A stretch of DNA of 64,000 nt. It comes from Acutalibacteraceae bacterium (lineage in GTDB: Bacteria > Bacillota > Clostridia > Oscillospirales > Acutalibacteraceae). Position 1 is the stretch's first letter, and each line of letters opens with the position of its first letter. Below are positions 21,025 through 30,028 of the stretch, piece after piece. Where the stretch lies: assembly GCA_036309045.1 (NCBI GenBank), contig JAXJUM010000042.1, forward strand, positions 48,744 through 112,743, in the 5' to 3' direction. The position numbers and the translations under genes are program-made. Below the pieces are notes generated by a model, which saw only the letters and a list, made by a program, of their open reading frames with translations, searched no databases and was not told the DNA's origin.

Positions 21025-21918
21025 ATGACGAACAATTTTACACCTAAGAGAAATGGTTATAACAAAAACAGCAAACCTAAATACACACCGGCAGAGTATG
21101 CCGATCATAAGCAGAATGAGAAGGACAAGGTCTTTCAGTTGATTGATGATACAGCTGTAGCAGTTGTATCAAATTCTGATAAGTTTATGTCTTTCCTTGA
21201 TACTCAGGCTCGTATGGACAGATATTCAACCGCAAATGCACTTCTTATCAACGCACAGCTCCCCGAAGCTACTCAGTTGAAAGACTTTGCAGGTTGGGGT
21301 GAAGATAATATCCGTGTAAAGAAAGGCTCTAAAAGTATTTCTATTCTAGAACCCGTTGAATACAGCAAGAATGATGGTACGTCCGGTATTTCTTATAATG
21401 TTAAGAAGGTATTTGATGTATCTCAGACTAATGGCAAGCGTAAGCCTGCACCAACAGCAAATCACAATCCTAAAGAGCTTGTATCAGTAATGATTGACAG
21501 TTCTCCTGTGAATGTTGAAATTGCAGATTCTCTATCAATGCCTAATCTTATGGCACAGTACGACAATGAGAAACAGACTATCTATATTTTAAGAGGTGTG
21601 CAGGACAGTGTAGCTCTTGCTCAGAGTATGGCATTAGAACTTGCCTTTGCACAGCTATCAATCGACAGCGATACATATAATCGCAGAGAACTTGGTCATA
21701 CTGCCGCTTGCGTTGCGTATATGTTATGCAAAAAGTTTGGTGTAGATTCAAAGGTGTTTACTGTTGACCGTATTCCCGTACCTCTTAAAAATGCAGAGGC
21801 AAAAGATATTCGTACAGAACTTGGCAGGATGAGGTCAGCGACTACGGAAATTTACAATCGTGTGGCAAATGAGCTTTACAGACAGAAACAGGCTCGTTCA
21901 AAAGATATGGAAAGATAA
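21025..21918 (+). CDS. ArdC-N-like ssDNA-binding domain protein (putative antirestriction)
   Basis: 297 aa. The segment ANALLINAQLPEATQLKDFAGWGEDNIRVKKGSKSISI resembles the N-terminus of the polyvalent protein at 1328. Confidence 0.4.
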   Translation: MTNNFTPKRNGYNKNSKPKYTPAEYADHKQNEKDKVFQLIDDTAVAVVSNSDKFMSFLDTQARMDRYSTANALLINAQLPEATQLKDFAGWGEDNIRVKKGSKSISILEPVEYSKNDGTSGISYNVKKVFDVSQTNGKRKPAPTANHNPKELVSVMIDSSPVNVEIADSLSMPNLMAQYDNEKQTIYILRGVQDSVALAQSMALELAFAQLSIDSDTYNRRELGHTAACVAYMLCKKFGVDSKVFTVDRIPVPLKNAEAKDIRTELGRMRSATTEIYNRVANELYRQKQARSKDMER

Positions 21919-21931
21919 GGCGGTGTTTTAA

Positions 21932-22129
21932 ATGTGGGAAGAACGCTATCACTTATACATAACAGAAAGCGAGCTTAACACTTTGCTCCGTCTGCTTAAC
22001 GACAATCGAAACGATTTGATAAGTCAGGGACTATATAGCGATGTTCTTGATGATTTGGTTTTGAAAGTAGCTAAAGCACCCAAGAAAAAGATGAAAACTA
22101 TCGAGGGAGGAAATCGTGGTGCAAGGTAA
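21932..22129 (+). CDS. Hypothetical small protein
   Basis: 65-aa ORF that overlaps the start of the coupling protein gene. Confidence 0.4.
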   Translation: MWEERYHLYITESELNTLLRLLNDNRNDLISQGLYSDVLDDLVLKVAKAPKKKMKTIEGGNRGAR

Positions 22130-23918
22130 CAGTAAAAAATCTGTTTTAATTTTTGCATCAATAGGATTGCTACCTGTAATTTGGTTTTCGCTTCTTGTAG
22201 CTCCGTATGCACATGACGGATTGATTGGAATATTAAGTGGAGTGTCAACAGCACTTTCAAATCCGATAAAAATAACTTTATGTGAGGACAGCTTAAAAAC
22301 TGTCCTCATTTTTATACTCGGCTACTTTATAGCTATCGGTGTCTATTTATCCACAAGGAGAAACTATCGTCGTAAAGAAGAACACGGTTCTGCTAAGTGG
22401 GGTGATGCAAGTAGTATTGATAAGAAGTACAGACAAAAGCCACAAAGCAATAATAAGCTGATGACACAAAATGTTCGTATAGGTATTAACGCACAAAAGC
22501 ATAGACGAAACCTTAACACTCTTGTGTGTGGTGGTTCGGGTGCAGGTAAGACACGATTTTACTGTAAACCTAATCTTATGCAGGCAAACACTTCTTTTGT
22601 TATCCTTGACCCAAAGGGCGAGATATTAAGAGATACTGGTTATTTGCTTGAAAACAAAGGTTATGAAGTTCGTGTGCTCGATTTAATATCTATGGATAAA
22701 AGTCATTGCTATAATCCGTTTGTTTATTTACAGAACGATAATGATGTACAAAGACTGGTAACAAACTTGTTCAAAAGTACAACTCCGAAAGGTTCGCAAA
22801 GTAATGATCCGTTTTGGGATACGGCGGCTTCAATGCTTTTGCTATCTCTGATTTTTTATCTTCATTATTTTGCTCCGCCTGAAGAACAGAATTTCCCTAT
22901 GGTAATGGAAATGCTTCGTGCAGGTGCTATTCAAGATGAAGAAGGAAACTTTGATACGCCATTAGATGATTTGTTTGGGGAGTTGGAAGAATACGACCCT
23001 GAGCATATAGCAGTAAAGTATTATCGAAACTATCACTCAGGTTCAGCCAAGACTTTGAAATCAATTCAGATCACACTTGCTTCAAGGTTAGAAAAGTTTA
23101 ACCTTGATAGTCTTGCTTCGCTTACAAATACAGATGAACTTGACTTACCTTCTATGGGAGAGAAAAAGGTAGCTTTATTCGCTTTAATTCCTGATAACGA
23201 TTCAAGTTTTAATTTCCTTGTATCAATTCTTTATACTCAGCTGTTTCAGCAGTTGTTTTATTCAGCTGACCATATTCACGGTGGAGCGTTACCTGTACCT
23301 GTTCATTTTCTGATGGATGAGTTTGCGAATGTATCCTTACCTGATGATTTTGATAAGATACTTTCTGTTATGCGTTCTCGTGGTGTATCTGTAAGTATTA
23401 TCTTACAGAATTTAGCACAGCTAAAAACACTCTTTGAAAAGCAATGGGAAAGTATTGTAGGTAACTGTGATGAGTTTTTATATCTCGGTGGAAATGAGCA
23501 AAGCACTCATAAATATGTTTCTGAACTGTTAGGTAAAGAAACTATTGATACAAATACCTATGGAAAATCATCAGGACGAAGCGGTAACTATTCTACCAAT
23601 TATCAGATTAGCGGTAGAGAACTTATGACACCTGATGAAGTAAGATTGCTTGATAATCAGTATGCAATTTTATTTATAAGAGGTGAACGACCTATAAAGG
23701 ATTTTAAATACGATATTTTAAAGCATCCGAATGTAGCATTAACAACTGACGGCAGTTCAAAGCCTTACTTACACGGAGAAGTAAATGATGATGTAGCTAC
23801 AATTCAGTTGCTTAATATTGATGCAGAAAAAATAGCGGATATGGATGTATCCGACACAGACTATGAGCTTCTATCCAATGAGGAATTAGAAGCTCTTTAT
23901 TTAACTAAGGAGGAATAA
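22116..23918 (+). CDS. Type IV coupling protein (VirD4/TraG-like)
   Basis: Two N-terminal TM segments, Walker A VCGGSGAGKT and Walker B FLMDEF. Confidence 0.9.
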   Translation: MVQGNSKKSVLIFASIGLLPVIWFSLLVAPYAHDGLIGILSGVSTALSNPIKITLCEDSLKTVLIFILGYFIAIGVYLSTRRNYRRKEEHGSAKWGDASSIDKKYRQKPQSNNKLMTQNVRIGINAQKHRRNLNTLVCGGSGAGKTRFYCKPNLMQANTSFVILDPKGEILRDTGYLLENKGYEVRVLDLISMDKSHCYNPFVYLQNDNDVQRLVTNLFKSTTPKGSQSNDPFWDTAASMLLLSLIFYLHYFAPPEEQNFPMVMEMLRAGAIQDEEGNFDTPLDDLFGELEEYDPEHIAVKYYRNYHSGSAKTLKSIQITLASRLEKFNLDSLASLTNTDELDLPSMGEKKVALFALIPDNDSSFNFLVSILYTQLFQQLFYSADHIHGGALPVPVHFLMDEFANVSLPDDFDKILSVMRSRGVSVSIILQNLAQLKTLFEKQWESIVGNCDEFLYLGGNEQSTHKYVSELLGKETIDTNTYGKSSGRSGNYSTNYQISGRELMTPDEVRLLDNQYAILFIRGERPIKDFKYDILKHPNVALTTDGSSKPYLHGEVNDDVATIQLLNIDAEKIADMDVSDTDYELLSNEELEALYLTKEE

Positions 23919-23923
23919 TTTAT

Positions 23924-24277
23924 ATGAAATTTTTAAGAAACAAAAAGAAAAATACTCTTATGACAAACAAGAAGGCAAGAAAAGGTTTTGCTGTGTATTG
24001 CTCAGTGGTACTTGCTGTAGTGATGATGTTTACAATGTCGATTACAGTATTTGCCGCAGACAATAGTGCTCTTACTGCTATTAACAACTTATCAGACTTT
24101 ATCTTTGGACTTATCCGTGCTATTGGTCTTATTCTGCTTGGCTTCGGTGTTGTTCAGATTGGTCTTTCTCTTAAATCACACGACCCATCACAGCGAGCTA
24201 ATGGTTTCCTTACTCTTGCAGGCGGTGTAGTTATCACTTTTGCAAAGGAAATCCTTGACCTGATTGTCGGAGGCTAA
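23924..24277 (+). CDS. Maff2-family small membrane protein
   Basis: 117 aa with a signal/TM segment plus two TM segments (LIRAIGLILLGFGVVQIGLSLKSHDPSQ). Confidence 0.65.
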   Translation: MKFLRNKKKNTLMTNKKARKGFAVYCSVVLAVVMMFTMSITVFAADNSALTAINNLSDFIFGLIRAIGLILLGFGVVQIGLSLKSHDPSQRANGFLTLAGGVVITFAKEILDLIVGG

Positions 24278-24340
24278 TAGAAATAAAGCAGGGTATGAAC
24301 TTAAAAGCTCATACCCTGAAAATTTTAAGGAGGTGCAAAA

Positions 24341-25177
24341 ATGTCCGATAACTGGGTTGTTGGTAATTTACAAAATGCCTTAGACACTTGGAATAACAAG
24401 CTTGCTGAGATATGGTTGCTCCTTTTAGAAACTCCCGAAAACTTTAAGGGCGGTGGAATTTGGTCCGTAATTACAAATATCAATAGTGCAGTTCAAGCTA
24501 TTGCCCTTGGTTTGCTTGTGCTTTTCTTTGTTGTGGGAATGGTCAAAACCTGTGGTAGTTTTGCAGAAGTTAAAAAGCCTGAACACGCAGTAAAGTTGTT
24601 TGTGCGATTTATTCTTGCTAAAGCTGCTGTTACACACGGAATGGAGCTTATGTCAGCTATATTTACAATTATTCAGAATACTATTTCTACAATTATGGTG
24701 GCATCGGGAATCGGTACGTCAACTATGACTTCATTACCTGGTGAAATGATAACAACAATAGAAAACTGTGGATTTTGGGAGAGTATTCCGCTTTGGGCAG
24801 TAACCTTGATTGGTAGTCTGTTTATTACGGTACTTTCATTCATTATGATTATGACAGTTTATGGCAGATTCTTTAAACTGTACATCTACACAGCTATCGC
24901 CCCTGTTCCGTTATCAACCTTTGCAGGTGAGCCATCACAGAATGTTGGCAAAACATTTATAAAGAGTTATGCGGCTGTTTGTCTTGAAGGAGCAGTAATT
25001 GTATTGGCTTGTGTCATCTTCTCATTATTTGCTTCATCACCACCTGCTGTGGATGCTTCACTTCCGGCAGTTAATCAGGTGTGGGCATACGTTGGCGAGA
25101 TAGTATTCAATATGCTTGTGCTTGTTGGCACAGTTAAGATGTCTGACCGCATCATTCGTGAAATGATGGGGTTGTAA
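24341..25177 (+). CDS. VirB6/TrbL-like polytopic membrane protein
   Basis: 278 aa with multiple TM helices, located between Maff2 and the PrgI/VirB4 genes. Confidence 0.65.
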   Translation: MSDNWVVGNLQNALDTWNNKLAEIWLLLLETPENFKGGGIWSVITNINSAVQAIALGLLVLFFVVGMVKTCGSFAEVKKPEHAVKLFVRFILAKAAVTHGMELMSAIFTIIQNTISTIMVASGIGTSTMTSLPGEMITTIENCGFWESIPLWAVTLIGSLFITVLSFIMIMTVYGRFFKLYIYTAIAPVPLSTFAGEPSQNVGKTFIKSYAAVCLEGAVIVLACVIFSLFASSPPAVDASLPAVNQVWAYVGEIVFNMLVLVGTVKMSDRIIREMMGL

Positions 25178-25272
25178 TTTTTGAAATTTCCCGAAAAACA
25201 AAAAGTGGTATCGGTTTTTGCCGACACCACAAGTGAAAATCAAACTCTACTGATTTTTTCTAAAATTCTTAG

Positions 25273-26894
25273 TTAAAATAATTTATTTATTTTTTTAAAT
25301 AACTTTTCAAAATTATCTTTTGTTTCTTCAGATAATGTAATTGATGAAATGTTTTTTGCCAGGTAATTTGCAGGAGTGTAGTGATTAAAATCTTTACCAC
25401 CGTTTAACTTTTTTAATTGTTGCAATATGGGAGCATCTGTTTTGATATCAGTGATGGCAATATTCTTACTAAAGGCACCATTGTATATTGCGAGATAATC
25501 CTCAACAGTAAACATATCCTCGACATCGGCAAATTTTTTGCCTAAAATGTCGTGATAAAAAACTATTTTTTTATCTTTTATAATGTTTTGTACTACTAAA
25601 TTATTTAAACGTGCCTGAGCAGATTTGTCAGTAAATGTATCCAATAAGCACACCATATTTAAATCATTGCCTCTTAAAAGTGAAACAAAGGTTACAATTT
25701 TATCTGCACCTCCAGTTGGAACAATAGTTATATCATCTTTTAATGTAGTTTTTGAGGTTTCATCAAGTATAGTTGAAAGTATAGTTAAATAAGTTAAGTC
25801 GGCAATTCCTTCAACCAATAAGTTTTTCTTGGAAACAAAAAGGTTTTGTGCTAAATCATACCCCAACGCTGCTTGGAGAGGGAAAAGTGTATTTGGATCT
25901 TTTTCCTGTACGCTTTCAGAAATATGAGTACCATCATCTTTTTCTAACACAGTTCTAACTTGGTTCAGATTTTCTGTTTCAATCATAAACGGAGAGTGAG
26001 TTGTATATATAATCTGATAGTTTTCAGAAAGGTCACACAAAAATTTAAGTAAATCATTTTGAGCTTTCGCATGGAGATTTAATCCCGGTTCATCAAGCAA
26101 CAGAATGTATGTATCATTTCTGTTTTCCTGAATTTTCATAAACCATACCAAGAATGAAAAGAACCAGTTAAACCCCTTACTTCTGTTAGATAAAGGTAAC
26201 GAAACCCCACTTCTTTGGTTTTGTACACGGATGTCTAAAATATGATCAACAATTTTAGTGTTTCTGTTATCTGTTTGCTCGACTTTATCTATATTGAATA
26301 AAATCTTTAAATTTTTATTTGTCGTCCAATATTTAAATAATTCATCTGTTATTGTTAACTGAGTAGCTTCCAACTCTGCAATAAAATCTTCATAATCAGT
26401 TGATTTTATAACTTTGTCAATGTCAATATCAGCCAATTCTAACAAAGCTTTAGCTGTTTTATCAGAACTGGAGTTTAATGATTTTGTTGATATACCATTA
26501 AGTGAAACCCTTGAAGGCAACATATAATAGTCATCGTAATACATAAATTTAGGTAAATTAGGCACTAAATATGTTATAGTAATATATTCATCAATACAAT
26601 TGCTCCAACTATTTTTATTAACGAAGTAATTTTTCAACGATTTAATTTTCTCTATAGTTTCAGTGTTTTCGCTAGTTGTTACACTATTAATAAAAGCATC
26701 GAATTCAGAGGTGCTTGAAACAGATACAAGTGATTCTGAAATTTCTTTATCTTTTATGCCTAACTCTTTGAATTTTGCTTTAACAAAAGCACTTTCATAC
26801 CAACTAATACAGTTATGTCCTTTTCAACTGCAAAAGATTGTTCTTGCTCAATACATTTGTATTTGTGTACAGTAGCTTTAAGTAAGCGAATCAT
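25273..26894 (-). pseudogene. OLD-family (ABC-type ATPase + Toprim) nuclease gene with frameshift and lost Walker A
   Basis: A 5-prime fragment (26894-26760) has AAGGAGGA upstream and encodes MIRLLKATVHKYKCIEQEQSFAVEKDITVLVGM, then goes out of frame exactly where GxxGK[ST] is expected. The main frame has LLLDEPGLNLH, TTHSP and LVEG...LLDTFTD (Toprim). Confidence 0.6.
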
Positions 26895-26911
26895 TTTTAA
26901 ATCCTCCTTAA

Positions 26912-27733
26912 TTATTTATTAAATCCTAAATAAGAACCAAAACCAAGCATATATGCAGCCATAGCAATAGATAAATCTTCAGATTCCATATCATATTCAG
27001 AAGCTAAAATCTTTAATTCATCAATAACAGTATCACGAGGAACAATAGACCCCTCAAGTTCTTTGACAGCTTTCTCGATAACAGAGGGTAAAGCCATACA
27101 CATTTGATAAAAGGCATCCTCTTGTCCTGTTACCAAAGCATAAAATTGGTCAAGACTAACTCTACGAATCAGTTTATGACCGACTTTTCTCTTGTCAACA
27201 GTAGTTTCCCACTTGATATTCTGTGAGCGTTGAGCAATCGCTTCAACTAAAAAACAAGCACAATCATCGTCATTTAATAACTGATTTTGCATTTTGATAA
27301 ATGTTTTTCCTGCCGAAGCAGAGTTCATTGTGTTATGTTTGTTTTTCATTTCAACATATACGGTATGAACACTGCCAGCATTGGGGATTTCAATACCATC
27401 TGCGTTTTCATATATTACATCCCAGCCGCCTTCTTCACCATTTGGGGGAACATGACAGTTAGCGATATATTGGAAAATTCTCTGATAAAAGTAACCTATA
27501 TCATTGTTGTTAGATTTATCTCTCTGACGAAATATTTCGTTGCTTACGATTTCATCCCAAGAAGATTGATAAACTGTTTTATCAAAAATCAATTTAATAG
27601 GGTCAATTATATTTTTGTTAAATCTTTTAAGGTCAAAAGATTCCAGTTTTTCGCCATATTTTTCAATAGTAGCTTTAACATGATTTGTAAAGTCCTCTTC
27701 ACTTATAAAAGATAATTTCCACATCATAAACAC
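26912..27733 (-). CDS. Type II restriction endonuclease (Eco47II/Sau96I-like by recollection)
   Basis: 273 aa with a PD-(D/E)XK-like GWDV...VYVEMKNKHN motif. It overlaps the stop of the upstream C5 methyltransferase gene. Confidence 0.55.
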   Translation of the reverse strand: MFMMWKLSFISEEDFTNHVKATIEKYGEKLESFDLKRFNKNIIDPIKLIFDKTVYQSSWDEIVSNEIFRQRDKSNNNDIGYFYQRIFQYIANCHVPPNGEEGGWDVIYENADGIEIPNAGSVHTVYVEMKNKHNTMNSASAGKTFIKMQNQLLNDDDCACFLVEAIAQRSQNIKWETTVDKRKVGHKLIRRVSLDQFYALVTGQEDAFYQMCMALPSVIEKAVKELEGSIVPRDTVIDELKILASEYDMESEDLSIAMAAYMLGFGSYLGFNK

Positions 27734-28953
27734 TCCAATGCTTCTTTAATTTTTATAGCTACATCATAAGCCAAGTTTACAGGCACTGCATTTCCAACTT
27801 GTTTATATTGCTGACCTACACTACCACAAAACTGCCAGTCATCAGGAAAACTTTGACAACGTGCGTTTTCCCGAACTGTAAACGGACGAGCTTCTAATGG
27901 ATGACAACGGTCAGTTTGTTTTTGACTAGGTGATGTTAAAACTGTAAGAGAGGGTTCGTCAAGACTCAATCTTCTTAATATACCAGTTCTGCCGCCTTCC
28001 ATATACCAACAACTTTTCATATATTCTTTTGCAATGTCTTCAGGAATATCTCTCCAATATCCACCTGGAGGTACTAATTCAAATATTTTCTTTTTGTATT
28101 TAGAATATGGTGTTCCTTCACTTTTTGGACAATCTAGCAAAATATCTCTTAAAACAGGTTTATATTTATGAGGGGTCGGAAAATCAAACGTAATCTTTTT
28201 AGCCAAATCATTTCTGATACCAATTGTAATTAAACGCTCTCGTTTTTGTGCTACCCCATAATCCCATGCATTTAGAACTTTCTTTTGAATTGAGTATCCA
28301 GCATTTTTAAAAATGTCACATATGGTTTTATATGTACGTCCTTTATCATGAGTAAGTAACCCTTTTACATTTTCGAACAAAAACATTTTTGGTTGAAGTT
28401 GCTCCAAAAATTTTGCATAATGGTAAAAAAGTGTTCCTCGAGCATCCTCAAGGCCAAGACGTTTGCCAGCGTAGGAAAAGCTCTGACAAGGTGCTCCGCC
28501 TGACAGTAAGTCTAATTTTCCTTCGGCAATGCCAAAGAATTCTTTCAAATCAAGACAAGAAATATTAGCAATATCGTCATTAATAACTCTCCAATTAGGA
28601 CGATTACATTTAAGAGTATCCGATGCATCTTTATCAAATTCTATAAGACCAATAGTGTCAAATCCAGCTTTTTCAATTCCAAGAGCTAATCCACCTGCTC
28701 CTGCAAAAAGTTCAATAGTAGTAAATGATGCACGTTCATCATTATCTGCTTTTTCTTGAACCACTTCTATAATATCACCTATATTGCAGTCAAGAGCGGC
28801 ACAAATTTTTTCAATGCTCTCAAATGAAATGGTTTCATTTTTTCCCATTCGAGCCATAACATTAAAACTGATTCCTGCCGCTTCCTTGAGTTCAGTTTTA
28901 TTCATATTTCTATCAATTAGAAGTTTCCAAAGATTGTTATAACAAACAGCCAT
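27724..28953 (-). CDS. DNA (cytosine-5) methyltransferase with N-terminal XRE-type HTH
   Basis: Motifs ELFAGAGGL (I), GGAPCQSFS (IV), ENVKGL (VI), QKRERL (VIII) and GNAVPV (X). Start set at the ATG after GGAGG. The HTH is NKTELKEAAGISFNVMARM. Confidence 0.9.
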   Translation of the reverse strand: MAVCYNNLWKLLIDRNMNKTELKEAAGISFNVMARMGKNETISFESIEKICAALDCNIGDIIEVVQEKADNDERASFTTIELFAGAGGLALGIEKAGFDTIGLIEFDKDASDTLKCNRPNWRVINDDIANISCLDLKEFFGIAEGKLDLLSGGAPCQSFSYAGKRLGLEDARGTLFYHYAKFLEQLQPKMFLFENVKGLLTHDKGRTYKTICDIFKNAGYSIQKKVLNAWDYGVAQKRERLITIGIRNDLAKKITFDFPTPHKYKPVLRDILLDCPKSEGTPYSKYKKKIFELVPPGGYWRDIPEDIAKEYMKSCWYMEGGRTGILRRLSLDEPSLTVLTSPSQKQTDRCHPLEARPFTVRENARCQSFPDDWQFCGSVGQQYKQVGNAVPVNLAYDVAIKIKEALECL

Positions 28954-29261
28954 TAGCTTACCTCCAAGCACAATAATAAAATTACACAAAATTGGGTTAT
29001 TAAAATAATAGCATAATAGGCTTTAAAAATCAAGTTATCTCACGTTTTCGTTAGAAATTCTTTGGATTTGTAAAATTTTTTGAAAACTGTTGATACGTAA
29101 TGATAATATAATTATAAATTAGATACATTTTGAATGGGATAATAAAAAACTCTATCAATAAAAAGAAGCACAAACTATTCTTAGGAGAAGCTTTAGTAAT
29201 TGATGACCCTGAACATTCATAGGAGGAAAAAAGATTTATCATTTTAGTACTCAGTAACAGA

Positions 29262-29373
29262 GCTAATTTGCTTGTGATTATTCATTGTTATAGAGCCTCT
29301 GACAGACATTATCATACGCATCATTTCTGCAAGAAAGGCAACAAAAACTGAGAGCAGACAGTATGAAGAATAG
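29262..29373 (+). pseudogene. BrnT-like toxin remnant (5-prime truncated, frameshifted)
   Basis: Frames give LLVIIHCYRASDR then IIRIISARKATKTESRQYEE*, which is the characteristic BrnT C-terminus. Confidence 0.5.
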
Positions 29374-29567
29374 GGTGAAAGAAAAATACAATTTCATAAA
29401 CGCAAGAAAAAATACTTATGCAAAAAGACTAAAATACAATTCACAATCAATATCGACAGGGAGATAATTGATTGTTTTAGAAGCAATCTAAAGTTTCAGG
29501 CATACTATATCAAACGTTGATTAACCTGCATCTTGTGGATTGTGTCGAAAACAAGAAAAATCTCTAA
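29363..29567 (+). pseudogene. BrnA-like antitoxin remnant (two frameshifts)
   Basis: Three frames read KYNFINARKNTYAKRLK, then FTINIDREIIDCFRS, then GILYQTLINLHLVDCVENKKNL*. Its ATG overlaps the toxin stop. Confidence 0.5.
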
Positions 29568-29603
29568 CTTTCATGGACTTAAAATTTAATAAACATTAAC
29601 ACT

Positions 29604-29634
29604 AAATCGTCATCTTAACTGATGGCGATTTTTA
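29604..29634 (+). terminator. Rho-independent terminator
   Basis: 11-bp stem AAATCGTCATC/GATGGCGATTT (one G-U pair), 6-nt loop and a T-run. Confidence 0.6.
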
Positions 29635-29662
29635 TTGCAAAAATTATCAGGAGGTTATATAT

Positions 29663-30028
29663 TTGGAAGTGAAAATTAATAGAGAAATCCGCAACTATAC
29701 AGAAGCGGTGTTCTTTGGTCTGTCTCTTCGACAGATCATTTTTTCTGCCTGTGCCTGCGGTGTAGCAGTCCTTATTTTCTTTATGCTAAAGCCGTATCTT
29801 GGTACAGAAACAGTTTCTTGGCTGTGTATGCTTGGTGCTTTTCCTTTTGCCATTCTTGGCTTTGTGAAGTACAACGGCATGACGGCTGAAAAATTTATTA
29901 TGGCTTGGATTAAGTCTGAGCTTTTAACACCTAAAAAACTGATGTTTAAATCTACAAATACTTACTATGAACTTATGAAACAGAACATTGAAAAGAACGA
30001 AAAGGAGGCAATGAAAGTTAATGATTAA
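29663..30028 (+). CDS. PrgI-family (VirB3-like) T4SS membrane protein
   Basis: TTG start 7 nt after AGGAGG, two TM helices, immediately upstream of VirB4-like. Confidence 0.7.
   Translation: MEVKINREIRNYTEAVFFGLSLRQIIFSACACGVAVLIFFMLKPYLGTETVSWLCMLGAFPFAILGFVKYNGMTAEKFIMAWIKSELLTPKKLMFKSTNTYYELMKQNIEKNEKEAMKVND

Noticed and set aside
26663-27715. Plus-strand ORFs (70 aa and 142 aa) opposite the OLD-like 5-prime fragment and the restriction endonuclease gene
   Set aside because: These are antisense shadows of AT-rich minus-strand genes, with hydrophobic or low-complexity products and no RBS.
29051-29242. 63-aa minus-strand ORF in the AT-rich spacer after the methyltransferase gene
   Set aside because: No RBS and an Ile/Phe/Lys-rich composition typical of random AT-rich ORFs. 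The region looks like promoter or spacer DNA.
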